Shown: positions 8,504 through 18,848, numbered from the stretch's first letter. The stretch: DNA of 64,000 nt from Myxococcota bacterium (GCA_965247115.1 CBDFGR010000002.1:2144001-2208000); one strand, 5' to 3'. A program made the numbers and translations. The notes: a model not told the origin generated them from the letters alone.

Positions 8504-10276
8504 CTAAGACCCGCTCAAGATGAAGTGTTCCTTCATGTTGTCCCGCACGTGCTGCATGTGGCGGATGTACTGCGGGTAGCTGCCGTTGTAGTTGCCGTCC
8601 TGGCGGCGCTGAAACTCGCCCTCGAAGTTGTAGTACCCGGGCGTGCAGTCGGCGGCGCGGCTGGTCTTGCCGCGGTTCGCGATAACCTCCTGCACCCACC
8701 ACTCCTCGGCGTCGTGGGTCACGTCGATCGCCTGGTGGCCGTGCGTGCGGGCGTAGTCGATGCACGCGGCGATGTGGTCGCCCTGCATGTTCAGCACGTC
8801 GGTCAGGTTGAAGCGGAACGACGCCTGGTAGCCGCCCATGATGAAGAGGTTCGGGTAGCCGTGTGAGTGGATCCCCAGCACGGTGCGGATGCCCTCGCTG
8901 TACTTGTCCTGCAGGTCGAGTCCACCCTGGCCGACGATCTTGTTGTAGATCCCGGTCTTCTGGACCTCGAAGCCCGTGGCGTAGATGAGGACGTCGAGCT
9001 CGTAAACCTTGCCGTCGAAGATCGGGCCCTTCTCGGCGATCTCGGTGATGCCCTTGCCCTTGGTGTCCACGAGGTGGACGTTGGGCAGGTTGAACGTCGG
9101 GAGGTAGTCGTTGTCGAAACACGGCCGCTTGCACATCAGCATGTACCAGGGCTTCAAGGCCTCGGCCGTCTCGGGGTCCCTCACCGTCTCCTCGACGCGT
9201 TTGTGGATGCGCATCATGGCGTCGATGTTCGCGCTCTCCTGGCGGCGGATCTTCTCCTCGCGCGACCGCGACGCGATCTTGGCCCGCTGCTCGGGGCTGA
9301 GCTCGGGCTCGCGCATCGCCTTCTCACGGCGCTTCGTCTGCCAGCCCGGTTCGAGCCGGCGAGCCCAGTTGGGGTCCGTCGGCCAGTCGTCCTTGACGTC
9401 GATCGACGACGGCGTGCGCTGGAAGGCGTAGAGCTCCTTCGAGTTCTGGCCCAGGTGCGGGATGGCCTGCACGGCCGACGCGCCGGTCCCGATGATCCCG
9501 ACCACCTTGTCGCGCAAGCCCGATAGGTCGGGCTTCGTATAGTCGTAGTCCCACCGCGAGGTGTGGAACGAGTGGCCCCCGAACCGCTCCATGCCTTCGA
9601 TCTTCGAGAGCTTCGGCTTGGACAGCGTCCCGTTCGCGCAGATCACGAAGCGGGCGCGCATGTGGTCGCCGCGGTCCGTCCCGATGTGCCAGAGCTGCTC
9701 TTCCTCGTTCCAGACGGTGGAGGTGACCGTCGTCTGGAAGACGGCCAGGTCGTACAGGTCGTACTTCTCGGCGATCGCCTTGCAGTGCGCGTAGATCTCC
9801 GGGCCCTTCGCGTAGTGACTCGTCGGGACGTAGTCCATCTCGTCTAGGAGGGGCAGGTAGTCGTACGCGACCACGTCGCACGCGAGACCGGGGTAGCGGT
9901 TCCAATACCACGTGCCCCCGACGTCGGCCCCGCGCTCCACGATGCGGATGCTCTCGACCCCGACCTGGCGCAGCCGCGCCGACGTGAGCAGGGCCGAAAA
10001 GCCGCCGCCGATGAATAGGACCTCGACCCTGTCCTCGATGGCCTCGCGCTCGAGGGTCTCGTCCGCGTACGGGTCCTGCTCGTAGCGGGCCAACGGGCCG
10101 GTCAGGTCCGAGGTGAACTGGGCCGTGCCCTCGGGCCGGTAGCCCAGCCGCAGGTCGCGCTCCTCCGCGAACTTGGCCTTGATTGCCTCGTAGTACTCCT
10201 GCGGCTTCCGCGTCTTGCGGTCGGGGCGGAACGAGAAGACGTCTTGCGGTTTGTCCGCGTCAGTATCCTTGGCCAT
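8504..10276 (-). CDS. Baeyer-Villiger monooxygenase (cyclohexanone monooxygenase-like)
   Basis: GGGFSA, GGTWYWNRYPG, fingerprint FGGHSFHTSRW, IGTGASA, ATGF. Confidence 0.95.
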   Translation of the reverse strand: MAKDTDADKPQDVFSFRPDRKTRKPQEYYEAIKAKFAEERDLRLGYRPEGTAQFTSDLTGPLARYEQDPYADETLEREAIEDRVEVLFIGGGFSALLTSARLRQVGVESIRIVERGADVGGTWYWNRYPGLACDVVAYDYLPLLDEMDYVPTSHYAKGPEIYAHCKAIAEKYDLYDLAVFQTTVTSTVWNEEEQLWHIGTDRGDHMRARFVICANGTLSKPKLSKIEGMERFGGHSFHTSRWDYDYTKPDLSGLRDKVVGIIGTGASAVQAIPHLGQNSKELYAFQRTPSSIDVKDDWPTDPNWARRLEPGWQTKRREKAMREPELSPEQRAKIASRSREEKIRRQESANIDAMMRIHKRVEETVRDPETAEALKPWYMLMCKRPCFDNDYLPTFNLPNVHLVDTKGKGITEIAEKGPIFDGKVYELDVLIYATGFEVQKTGIYNKIVGQGGLDLQDKYSEGIRTVLGIHSHGYPNLFIMGGYQASFRFNLTDVLNMQGDHIAACIDYARTHGHQAIDVTHDAEEWWVQEVIANRGKTSRAADCTPGYYNFEGEFQRRQDGNYNGSYPQYIRHMQHVRDNMKEHFILSGS

Positions 10277-10357
10277 GGGTCTCCCTCTGGACGAGTCTGG
10301 GGGCGAGACTTCCTCCCCCGGGCGGAAGTCTCAGTAGGTATACCTCGTTCCGGCCCG

Positions 10358-11743
10358 CTACCGCACCGGGTCGATCGGAGTCGGCATGGGGGCCGCCGCC
10401 TCGATCGTCTCCGCGGCGGAGAGACACAGATCCTCGCGCCACAGGTCGGCGTAGACCTGGATGCCGGTGGGGAGGCCGTCCGCAACGCCCATCGGGAGCG
10501 CGACCGCGGGAAGCCCGAGGAGGTTGGCCGGGGTGATGAAGCGCACGCTGTCGACGAGGGTCTGAATTCCCGTATCCGGATCGAGATCGGCGTCGGCCGG
10601 CCACGGAAGGCAGCTCCATGTGGGGCCTACCGCCACAGGGTAGTCCGTCAAGAAGGCGGACCAGAGCCGGCCCAGGCGCGAGCGCTCCGAGTGGACCTCG
10701 GCGTTCGTCCTGTGCGAGGCGTCAAAGCGCGCCATCAAGCGCTGCATGCTCGCGAAGAGCGCCGGCGTGAGGAGGTCCTTGGTTGCGTCGTCCCGAGTGA
10801 GGTCGTCGATGGCAATCAGGTTGCCCCACACCTCGGTTACGCGGTCTAGCTCGGGTGGGTTTACCTCCTCTACTTCCCAACCCTGTTCCGTCAAGATTCG
10901 ACCCGCCCGCGGGATCTCTCCGACGGTGCTGGGCGGGAGCTCGATTTCGGGGACTTGCGTGACCAGCGCAGCTCGGCGGCGCGTCGGCGCGGGCCCCTGG
11001 AGGGGGGCGTCGACGGAGCGCGGGTCGCGGATGTCGCGCCCGGCCAGGATCGACAGGGCCAGCCGCAGGTCGGCGACCGAGCGCGCCATCGGCCCCTCGA
11101 CGAGCATCGCCTGACCCGACATGCCCATGTCCTGCGGCTCGAAGGCGCTCGCGCGCGGAATGCGGCCCTGGGTCGGTTTGAGCGACGCGATGCCGCAGCA
11201 GTACGCCGGATTGCGCACCGACCCGCCGATGTCATTCCCGAGCCCGATGGGCGTCATCCCGGTCGCGAGCGCAGCCCCCTCGCCGCCGCTCGAGCCGCCC
11301 GGGGTGCGCGCGCCATCCCAAGGGTTGCGGGTTCGTCCGCGCAGCGGGTTGTCCGTGTCGAGCCGCGAGCCGAACTCCGGCAGGTTGGTCCGAGCCAACG
11401 GGATCGTGCCGGCGCCCTTCATGCGCGACACCACCGGCGCGTCGCGCGACGGCAGCCGCTCGGCGAACGCTGGCACGCCGTCCGTTGTCGGCGACCCGAC
11501 GCAGTCGATGTTCTCCTTGATCGTGAACGGCACCCCGTGAAGCGGGCCTGTCGGCGTCGCCTGGTCGGCCGCGGCCGCCGCGAGGGCGGACTCGGCCAGC
11601 ACCACCGTGATCGCGTTGACGTGGCCGTTCACGTCCTCGATCCGCGCCAGGTGAGCCTCGACGACCTCGCGACTGGTCGTCTCGCGGCGGCGGATCCGTT
11701 GGGCCAGCTCGCTCGCGCTCTTCCTCCAGAGTTCCCCGGCCAT
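10358..11743 (-). CDS. Amidase signature family enzyme
   Basis: GVPFTIKEN, GGSSGGEG, DIGGSVRNPA. Confidence 0.93.
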   Translation of the reverse strand: MAGELWRKSASELAQRIRRRETTSREVVEAHLARIEDVNGHVNAITVVLAESALAAAAADQATPTGPLHGVPFTIKENIDCVGSPTTDGVPAFAERLPSRDAPVVSRMKGAGTIPLARTNLPEFGSRLDTDNPLRGRTRNPWDGARTPGGSSGGEGAALATGMTPIGLGNDIGGSVRNPAYCCGIASLKPTQGRIPRASAFEPQDMGMSGQAMLVEGPMARSVADLRLALSILAGRDIRDPRSVDAPLQGPAPTRRRAALVTQVPEIELPPSTVGEIPRAGRILTEQGWEVEEVNPPELDRVTEVWGNLIAIDDLTRDDATKDLLTPALFASMQRLMARFDASHRTNAEVHSERSRLGRLWSAFLTDYPVAVGPTWSCLPWPADADLDPDTGIQTLVDSVRFITPANLLGLPAVALPMGVADGLPTGIQVYADLWREDLCLSAAETIEAAAPMPTPIDPVR

Positions 11744-11835
11744 GCGTCGCCTCACATCGGTGGGTGGTCGGTCAGTATGTCCAGCTTGGCGCACCCGCCT
11801 GCGGGCCTGTAAGCTGACGCCGATCGGAGGACGCC

Positions 11836-12684
11836 ATGGACGCCCAACTAGAACTGATCGCGAGCGGCTACAGGCTCGTCGAGGGCCCGCGCACCGACGC
11901 CGACGGCGCGCTCTGGTTTACCGACGCGTTGGGCGCGACGGTCCTCCGCCGCGACCCCAGCGGCGCCATCGAGACGGTCGTTTCGGACCGCCCGATGGTC
12001 GGGGGCTTGGCCGTCCACGTGGAGGGCGGGCTCGTCATGTCGGGGCCAAACGTCGCGCACTGGAAGGACGGCAAGTTTCGGGTGTTGCTCGAGGTGGACG
12101 GCGTGCGCTCCTTCAACGACCTACACACCGACGCGTTGGGGCGCGTGTACGTCGGCGCGATCCGCGCCGACGTCTCCGACTTGAAAAGCCCCCCCGAGCC
12201 ACCGGGCGAGGCGTACCGCATCGAGCTGGACGGGAGCGTCACCGAGCTGTACGGCGGCGTGGGCGTGTCAAACGGCATCGGCTTCTCACCCGACGGCGGG
12301 ACGCTCTACCACGTCGACTCGACGGGCAAGGGACTGTGGGCGCACGACGTCGACTCAGAGGGCGCGGTCTCGAACCGTCGCCACATCGGAGGCGCGGCGT
12401 TTGAGCGGGGCATCCCCGACGGGATGTGTGTCGACAGCCGGGGCAACCTGTGGGTCGCCCACGCCGGCCGTCGCCGCGTCGCGATCTTGGATCCGAAGGG
12501 GGAGCTCGTGGACGAGCTCCCCGTGCCCGCCCGCTCGGTCACGAGCTGCGCGTTCGGCGGAGCCGACTACGGCGACCTGTACATCGTGAGCGCGGACAAC
12601 ACGGACGACAGGAGCCTGCGCGGCTGCATCTGGCGCTGTCGCCCGGGTGTGACGGGGCTCCCGACGCCGCTCGCCCGCGTGTAG
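11836..12684 (+). CDS. SMP-30/gluconolactonase/LRE family protein
   Basis: EGP, FND, SNGIGFSPDG, PDGMCVD, TSCAFGG; GGAGG RBS. Confidence 0.93.
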   Translation: MDAQLELIASGYRLVEGPRTDADGALWFTDALGATVLRRDPSGAIETVVSDRPMVGGLAVHVEGGLVMSGPNVAHWKDGKFRVLLEVDGVRSFNDLHTDALGRVYVGAIRADVSDLKSPPEPPGEAYRIELDGSVTELYGGVGVSNGIGFSPDGGTLYHVDSTGKGLWAHDVDSEGAVSNRRHIGGAAFERGIPDGMCVDSRGNLWVAHAGRRRVAILDPKGELVDELPVPARSVTSCAFGGADYGDLYIVSADNTDDRSLRGCIWRCRPGVTGLPTPLARV

Positions 12685-12688
12685 GACC

Positions 12689-13021
12689 GTGGCGTCGGTC
12701 GAAGCGGGAGCGCCGGACGACCTCGCGGCTGCGCTCGCCCGCTGTGCCGACGAGTGGCGGAGCCACGGGTGGACGCTCGTCCCGTCGCTCGTGCCCGCGA
12801 CCGAGATCGACGCGGCGCTCGACGACCTGTGGGAGCTCTTCCCGACGCCAGCGGAGTTCCACGGGGACGCGCCGGATCGGCGGCGCGATCGCTTCTTTCG
12901 CGGGATCGATACGCGCGACATCGTCTCGCCTCCCGAGACGCAGAGCGGGCCCGAGTTCCGGCCGGACCAGTTCTTGGGACAGGCCGAGTTCCCGTTTCCG
13001 GGCTCGGGGCGCGGGACCTAG
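12689..13021 (+). pseudogene. N-terminal fragment of a phytanoyl-CoA dioxygenase (PhyH)-like protein
   Basis: WRSHGWTLVPSLVP..EID N-terminal pattern; ends at 110 aa without HxD...H, at the stop of the convergent gene. Confidence 0.55.
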
Positions 13022-15441
13022 CTGATCGCTCCGGAGGCGAAGGCCGCGCCGATTTCTTCTTCGGTCATGCCCAGGATCTCGCTCATCACCTCGTAGCTGT
13101 GCTGTCCGAGGCAGGGCGCCGCAAAGCGCGGACCGTTGTCGTAGCCTCGGATTCGATACTGATGACCGCTGTACGGGATGTTCCCCATCTCGGGGTGATC
13201 CAGGTAGCGGTAGAAACCTCGGTGCGCGTGCTGCGGGTCGACCAGTAGGTCGCTGCTGCGCTGGACCGCCCCCGCCGGGATCCCCGCACCCTGCAGGCGC
13301 TTCATCAGGGCGTAGCGCTCCTGGCCGCGCGTCCACTCGGCGAGCTTCTCGTCGAGCAGGTCGTGGAACTCCAGGCGACCCGCGGTGGAATCGTGCGCGG
13401 TTTCGCGGGCCCAGTCGGGATCCCCCAGCTCGCGGCGCAGCGCCCGCCACTGCTCGTCGCTTTCCACGGCAATCGCGCACCACTGGTCGTCGCCTGAGCA
13501 CGGGTAGCAACCCTGTGGGGCCGCGTCCGGGGCTCGGTTGCCGTTGCGAGTGGCCGCGTAGCCACTCACCTGGTAGTCGAGAATTTCTGGCGCCTGGAAG
13601 TGCAGCGAGGTCTCGATCTGCGCCACATCGATGTACTGTCCCTCGCCGGTTCTGCGCTTGTGGTCAATGGCGGCGGCCAGCACGGTGGAGATAAAGCGCG
13701 GAGCAATCGTATCGGTATAGGCGGCCCAGGGACCCGAAGGGGGAAGATCGGGCCAGCCCGTCACCTCGTGGAAGCCCGCGATCGCGCTGGCGTGATAGCC
13801 ATAGCCTGCAAAGCGCGCGGCGGGGCCGGTCTGCCCCATGAGGCAGGTGCTCACCATGATGATCCCGGGGTTGATCTTGCGAACCTCGTCGTAGCCCAGG
13901 CCCAGGCGCTCGATGGCTCCGGGCGCAAAGCTCTCGGTGAAGACGTCGGCCCAGGCGATCAGCTTCTTGGCGATCTCGAGCGCCCCCGGCGACTTCATCG
14001 CAAGGCTCAGACCCAGCTTCGAGGCGTTGAAGTCCCCGTAGTAATGCGAGCGATTCCAGCCCCCCACACCGTCCTTGAACGGTCCGCCGCCACGCAGCAC
14101 GTCGGGTCGACTCTCGGACTCGACGCGAACTACTGTCGCGCCGTGGTCGGCCAGGTACTTGGAGGATATCGGTCCGACTCCCACCCAGAAGAAGTCCGCG
14201 ACCTTGATGCCCTCGAATGGCAGTGCTTCGCCGGCGGGCTCTGGATAAGACTTCGGTCGGCGAGGCTGCGACAAAGCGGAGCGAATCTCGGCCCCGTGCT
14301 CATCGAGCGACGGCGCCGGGCGCCGCACCTCGAGCGGTGTGTTCGAGATCTTCGACCAGGAGCCCGGGCTGCGCACCGTCTGTCCGCCGGGAAGGGTCAG
14401 CGGCTTCCAATAATCGCGCGCCTCGAAGTGCTCGAAGGCGAGCAGCTCGGGAATCGAGTTGGCGGGCGCCAGTGTCGTGTCGTTCGACATGCCGAATTCG
14501 AGCAGCTCGCGCCGCGTGTGCTTGGCTGTGAACTGCTTGAAGAAGTCGCCGACCTCGTGAATGTTGTAGGGCTTGCGGTCCGGCAGGTGAAGCTGCTGGT
14601 CGAGCGCGACCCAATCGACGTCGCGCGCTGATTCGTCGAAGACACCGTCCGCGATCATCCAGTCCAGACAGCCGAGGATCGCGGCGGACGTGGGAAGCAG
14701 TACGATGTAGCCGTCGAGGCACTCGAAGAGAACGTACAAGACCAAGATTCCCGTATTGACGTTCGAGCCATCGCGCTCCAGGTTCCGCCCATCGATCCCG
14801 TGTGTCGCCATGCCGTTCAGCAGGGTCCAGGTCAGGGCCGCCTGGGCCGACAGGTCCACGAACTGCGCCGTACCCGTCTTGAGCATGCGGGCGTGCGCCG
14901 CCAGCGCCCCCGCCGCCGCCTCGGCTCCGGCGTGGCGCCAGATCTGCGGTAAGCTGACGCGTAGCGGCGCGCGGTCGCGCGGGCCCTGCAGGGCCACGGA
15001 CCCGCCCATTGCAGCCACGACCAGCTCGTCGCCGAGCAGGTCGGCGTGCGGACCGTCGGCGCCGAACGGCGAGAGCCGCACGTAGACGATCCGGGAGTTG
15101 AGCCGCTCGAGGTCCTCGAAGTCGAGTCCGTAGGGTTCCAGCGGGCGGCCCGGCGAGGACTCGAACAAAAAGTCGGAGCTGCGCACCAGCTCCCGCAGCG
15201 TCGCCCGGTCGTCCGGCGCCTCGGGATCCAGGACAATCGAACGCTTGTTGCGATTGAAGGCCAGGAACTGCAGGCTCTTCAGGTCCTCCGGCGCCCCCTT
15301 CAGGTGCGGTGCGCACAGGCGAGCCGCCGAGCCCCCGGGCGGCTCGACGCGAATCACGTCCGCGCCCAGATCGCCGAGCAGCATCGGCCCGAGCTCGCCC
15401 CGAGCATCCGTCAGATCCAGCACCCGATACGGGCTGAGCAT
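13018..15441 (-). CDS. Two-domain (fused) CaiB/BaiF CoA-transferase
   Basis: Two family III units (LGDLGADVIRVEPP...NRNKRS...APSLDEH; LADHGATVVRVES...APCLGQH), 807 aa. Confidence 0.92.
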   Translation of the reverse strand: MLSPYRVLDLTDARGELGPMLLGDLGADVIRVEPPGGSAARLCAPHLKGAPEDLKSLQFLAFNRNKRSIVLDPEAPDDRATLRELVRSSDFLFESSPGRPLEPYGLDFEDLERLNSRIVYVRLSPFGADGPHADLLGDELVVAAMGGSVALQGPRDRAPLRVSLPQIWRHAGAEAAAGALAAHARMLKTGTAQFVDLSAQAALTWTLLNGMATHGIDGRNLERDGSNVNTGILVLYVLFECLDGYIVLLPTSAAILGCLDWMIADGVFDESARDVDWVALDQQLHLPDRKPYNIHEVGDFFKQFTAKHTRRELLEFGMSNDTTLAPANSIPELLAFEHFEARDYWKPLTLPGGQTVRSPGSWSKISNTPLEVRRPAPSLDEHGAEIRSALSQPRRPKSYPEPAGEALPFEGIKVADFFWVGVGPISSKYLADHGATVVRVESESRPDVLRGGGPFKDGVGGWNRSHYYGDFNASKLGLSLAMKSPGALEIAKKLIAWADVFTESFAPGAIERLGLGYDEVRKINPGIIMVSTCLMGQTGPAARFAGYGYHASAIAGFHEVTGWPDLPPSGPWAAYTDTIAPRFISTVLAAAIDHKRRTGEGQYIDVAQIETSLHFQAPEILDYQVSGYAATRNGNRAPDAAPQGCYPCSGDDQWCAIAVESDEQWRALRRELGDPDWARETAHDSTAGRLEFHDLLDEKLAEWTRGQERYALMKRLQGAGIPAGAVQRSSDLLVDPQHAHRGFYRYLDHPEMGNIPYSGHQYRIRGYDNGPRFAAPCLGQHSYEVMSEILGMTEEEIGAAFASGAIS

Positions 15442-15597
15442 GAAGACCTCCTTCTGGGTCCAAGCATAACCCGACCTGGACCCTGGCCGGTCCCTTCATC
15501 CACTGCGCCTTCTACGGGGGCATCAACATCAGCGAGAACGGTGACGAGTGCCACCGGACGTCGGCGGGTCTTGAATACCCGATGAGTTGCGACTCGT

Positions 15598-15637
15598 GTC
15601 GTTCGCGTTGAAACAGTTAGCGAACGACGCCTATAAT
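15598..15637 (+). promoter_or_regulatory. Sigma70-type promoter TTGAAA-N18-TATAAT overlapped by a 9-bp inverted repeat
   Basis: TTGAAA 15608-13, TATAAT 15632-37; GTCGTTCGC (15598-606) / GCGAACGAC (15620-28). Confidence 0.6.
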
Positions 15638-15666
15638 GCTTCCACCTAGTGAAGGGAGGCTTCCCC

Positions 15667-17418
15667 GTGGCCGAGTATGACCTGCACATTCGCGGCGGCA
15701 CGATCGTGGACGGGACGAGGGTTCCCCGGTTCGCGGGTGACCTCTGGGTGAAGGACGGACGGATCGCGCAGATCGGCGGCCGGGCCCCGGGCGCCGCCGC
15801 GCGCGAGGTCGACGCTGGCGGACACATCGTCGCCCCCGGCTTCGTGGACCTTCACACCCACTACGACGCCCAGATCCGCTGGGACCCGTGGTGTACGATC
15901 TCCAGCTGGCACGGGGTGACCTCCGTCGTGCTCGGGAACTGCGGGTTCGGGTTCGCACCGGTCCGACCCGAGTTCCGGGAGCGCTCCATGCTCACGATGA
16001 CGCGGACCGAGGCCATCCCCATGGAGTCGATGCAGGAGGGGATGAACTGGGACTGGGAGACGATCCCCGAGTACCTCGACTCCCTGGATCGCGCGCCCAA
16101 GGGCGTCAACTGCCTGCAGTACATGCCCACCGCGTCGCTCATGACCTACGTGATGGGCCTGGAGGCCGCCAAGACCCGCCCGGCCACCCCGGCGGAGCGC
16201 GCGGAGATGCAGCGGCTGCTCCACGAGGGAATGGACGCGGGTCTGTGTGGCTTCTCGATTCAACGACTGGGCAAGGATTCCACCCAGGCCGACTTCGACG
16301 GATCTCCCATGGTCACAGACACCATGGTCGACGAGGACATCCTCTGCCTGGCCGAGGTGTTGCGAGAGCGCGACGAGGGCTTCATCCAGATCACGCAGGC
16401 CACGGGCCACAACCGGCGCGACCTGGCGTTCCAGGCCGAGCTGGCCCGCGTGGCGCAGCGCCCGATCCTCCACAACGCGGTGCCGGTCAGCCCCAGGAAC
16501 CCGCGGATCCACGAGAAGCGGCTGGAGTGGATCGACCGCTGCCGGGAGGAGGGGCTCCAGATGTTCGGCCAGGGCGGGACGTTGCGCGCGGGCTTCGTTT
16601 TCACGCTCGAGGACTGGAACCTCTACGACGCGAGTCGCGCGTGGCGCAAGGCGACCACGGGAAGCAAGGAGGAGCGGCTGAAGAAGCTCTCCGACCCCAA
16701 GATCCGCGAGGAGATGCGCCGCGAGTCCATGAGCGAGGTCGCGGAGAAGCTCCGCATCGTCCAGGCCGGGGTGGGCGGCCCGATGGAGAAGCTGCTCGTC
16801 CAGGACGTGAAGGGCCACGCCGAGCTCGAGAAGTACGTCGGAAAGTCGGTCGCGCAGATCGCCGAGGAGGAGGGCAAGCTCCCGGTCGACGCCATGCTGG
16901 ACGTCGCCGTCGCCGGAGACCTCGAGGTCGAGTTCCTCGGGCCCCCCCCCGCGCGCGGTCTGAACGCCGACCACATGGCTGCGATGATCAACGACTCCAT
17001 GTACACGTTCCCCGGGGTTTCCGACGGGGGCGCGCACACGAAGTTCTTCACCGGCGGCGCCTTCACCACGGACTTCCTGGTGTGGCTCGTCCGCGACGAG
17101 CCCCGGATCAGCCTCGAGGAGGCGCACTTCCGGCTGAGCGCGCTGCCCGCCCACGCCGCGGGCTTCCGCGATCGCGGGACGCTGCGGGTCGGCGCTCCGG
17201 CCGACATCGTCGTCTACGACCTGGACGCGCTCGACATCTCCCCGCGCTGGACCGGCGAGGTCGCCCACGACTTCCCGGGAGGCGAGTGGCGCCGCGTGCA
17301 GCACGCGATCGGCTACCGCGCCATCGTCGTCAACGGCGAGGTCACGTTCGCGGACGGCAAGTGCACCGGCGCGACCCCGGGCAAGCTGTTGCGCCACGGG
17401 TACGCGCCGGGAGCCTGA
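15667..17418 (+). CDS. N-acyl-D-amino-acid deacylase family amidohydrolase (second paralog)
   Basis: YDLHIRGGTIVDG, PGFVDLHTHYD, GNCGF, SDGGAH; GGAGG RBS before the GTG at 15667. Confidence 0.93.
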   Translation: MAEYDLHIRGGTIVDGTRVPRFAGDLWVKDGRIAQIGGRAPGAAAREVDAGGHIVAPGFVDLHTHYDAQIRWDPWCTISSWHGVTSVVLGNCGFGFAPVRPEFRERSMLTMTRTEAIPMESMQEGMNWDWETIPEYLDSLDRAPKGVNCLQYMPTASLMTYVMGLEAAKTRPATPAERAEMQRLLHEGMDAGLCGFSIQRLGKDSTQADFDGSPMVTDTMVDEDILCLAEVLRERDEGFIQITQATGHNRRDLAFQAELARVAQRPILHNAVPVSPRNPRIHEKRLEWIDRCREEGLQMFGQGGTLRAGFVFTLEDWNLYDASRAWRKATTGSKEERLKKLSDPKIREEMRRESMSEVAEKLRIVQAGVGGPMEKLLVQDVKGHAELEKYVGKSVAQIAEEEGKLPVDAMLDVAVAGDLEVEFLGPPPARGLNADHMAAMINDSMYTFPGVSDGGAHTKFFTGGAFTTDFLVWLVRDEPRISLEEAHFRLSALPAHAAGFRDRGTLRVGAPADIVVYDLDALDISPRWTGEVAHDFPGGEWRRVQHAIGYRAIVVNGEVTFADGKCTGATPGKLLRHGYAPGA

Positions 17419-17704
17419 CGTCTACAACTGCTCGAAGACATCCCTCCGCAGCTGAGACTTCCGGCCGACGCCGCCCTGGCGTGGCTCAGGTCTGGATGGG
17501 CGAGCCGCGCAACGTGCGGGCATGACCCGCCTGGTGCCCAATCTGACCGAGAACTTCCCGCGCGGTCTCCGGAGCACACTGGTTCCTCTAGCCCGGGGAC
17601 CGCTGAGCACTCTTCCGCGAGGGACGTGCGCCGATGCAGGCGCCGCCCGTTCGCGGTTAGCAGCAGCGACCAATGGTGCATCCCAACACTCGAGCCGGAT
17701 GAGG

Positions 17705-18064
17705 TCAGGTCGAGGCATGCGCGGGCAACGGGCCGATCAGCTCGACGAACCAGCGACGTTCCCGCTCCCGCGCCTCGTCGAGCGCGCCTGTCAGGTACGC
17801 GGCCAGCCCGCGTTTCTCCTCATCCGAGAGCTCGCTCGCATTGGGCGCCATCGGGCCGGTCGTGAGCGCCTCGAGCACCCGCTCCGGCGTGAAGGCTCCG
17901 AGGGCCTCGCGACTGACCGCGTTGGGGATCGTAGCGGTCGTTCCGTGGCAGAGCGCGCACTGCTCCTCGAAGATGAAGGCGTAGTTGGAATCTGTCACCT
18001 GCGCCCACGTCGCCCCCGGCAGCAACACCGTGAGGGCGACAGACGCCAGGACAAACCATCTCAT
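17705..18064 (-). CDS. Exported monoheme c-type cytochrome, possibly the truncated N-terminus of a quinohemoprotein
   Basis: Signal peptide (..ATWA/Q), CALCH, distal GPMAP; AGGAGG RBS. Confidence 0.65.
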   Translation of the reverse strand: MRWFVLASVALTVLLPGATWAQVTDSNYAFIFEEQCALCHGTTATIPNAVSREALGAFTPERVLEALTTGPMAPNASELSDEEKRGLAAYLTGALDEARERERRWFVELIGPLPAHAST

Positions 18065-18150
18065 CAGCGTGCCTCCTGGATGGACTGTGTTCCCCACTCG
18101 TGGCTTCCTTTGGGGAGAGGGAGTGTAAGAGGGTTTTTCGGGTTGTGACA

Positions 18151-18333
18151 ATGGCCCTTCCCGTCCTATCGATTGGTCTGAGGACCGGGCCGCGGATCGG
18201 CCCGGAAGGGGCGGTCATTTTGGAGAGCCTGCGTGGCGACGACGCCGGCACGGTGATCGAGTACCTCGGCGAGAGCGGCACGGTTGTCGGGAAGGCCACG
18301 TCCGCGGACTTCGGGCAGCTCCTGGCCCAGTAG
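18151..18333 (+). CDS. Small hypothetical protein or gene fragment
   Basis: 60-aa ORF with typical codon usage; no family recognised. Confidence 0.3.
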   Translation: MALPVLSIGLRTGPRIGPEGAVILESLRGDDAGTVIEYLGESGTVVGKATSADFGQLLAQ

Positions 18334-18383
18334 AGAGCCTGCTCCGAGCCCAGGGGCGGGCCATCGGGAGCTCGCAGCGCTTT

Positions 18384-18848
18384 CTAGTCGGTGCGCTGTG
18401 GGAGCAGGACCGTGCGGCGAAAGGAGATCACCAGCTCACCCCGCTGGTTCCGGCCGCGGCTCTCGACGCGCACGATACCCTGGCCCTGCCGGCTGTGCGA
18501 CTCTCGCTTCTCGAGCACCGTCGTCTCGGCGTAGAGCGTGTCGCCGGCAAAGGTGGGGGCGTGGTGGTCGATGTTCTCGTAAGCGAGGTTGGCGATGGCC
18601 TTGCCGCTGATGTCGGCGACCGTCAGACCCACGATCACGCTGAATACCAGCGGGCCCACCACAACGCGGCGGCCGAACTCTGTCTCCGCCGCGTAGGCCT
18701 CGTCGCTGTGCAGCGGATGCTGGTTCATCGTCAGCAGCGCAAACCAGCTGTTGTCGGTCTCGGTGATCGTGCGCCCGGGCCAGTGCTCGATCACGTCGCC
18801 CGGCTCGAACTCCTCGAAGTAGCGACCGAAGCTCTCGCGCGTCGCCAT
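18384..18848 (-). CDS. MaoC family (R)-enoyl-CoA hydratase
   Basis: GRYFEEF, GRTITETDN, MNQHPLHSD, PTFAGDTL; 1-nt overlap with the ACAD stop. Confidence 0.92.
   Translation of the reverse strand: MATRESFGRYFEEFEPGDVIEHWPGRTITETDNSWFALLTMNQHPLHSDEAYAAETEFGRRVVVGPLVFSVIVGLTVADISGKAIANLAYENIDHHAPTFAGDTLYAETTVLEKRESHSRQGQGIVRVESRGRNQRGELVISFRRTVLLPQRTD

Noticed and set aside
15646..17397. Long antisense or alternate-frame ORFs (also 4388-5920, 6301-7923, 40058-41650, 48125-49546)
   Set aside because: High-GC shadow ORFs overlapping well-supported genes, with Arg/Pro/Gly-rich composition and no motifs
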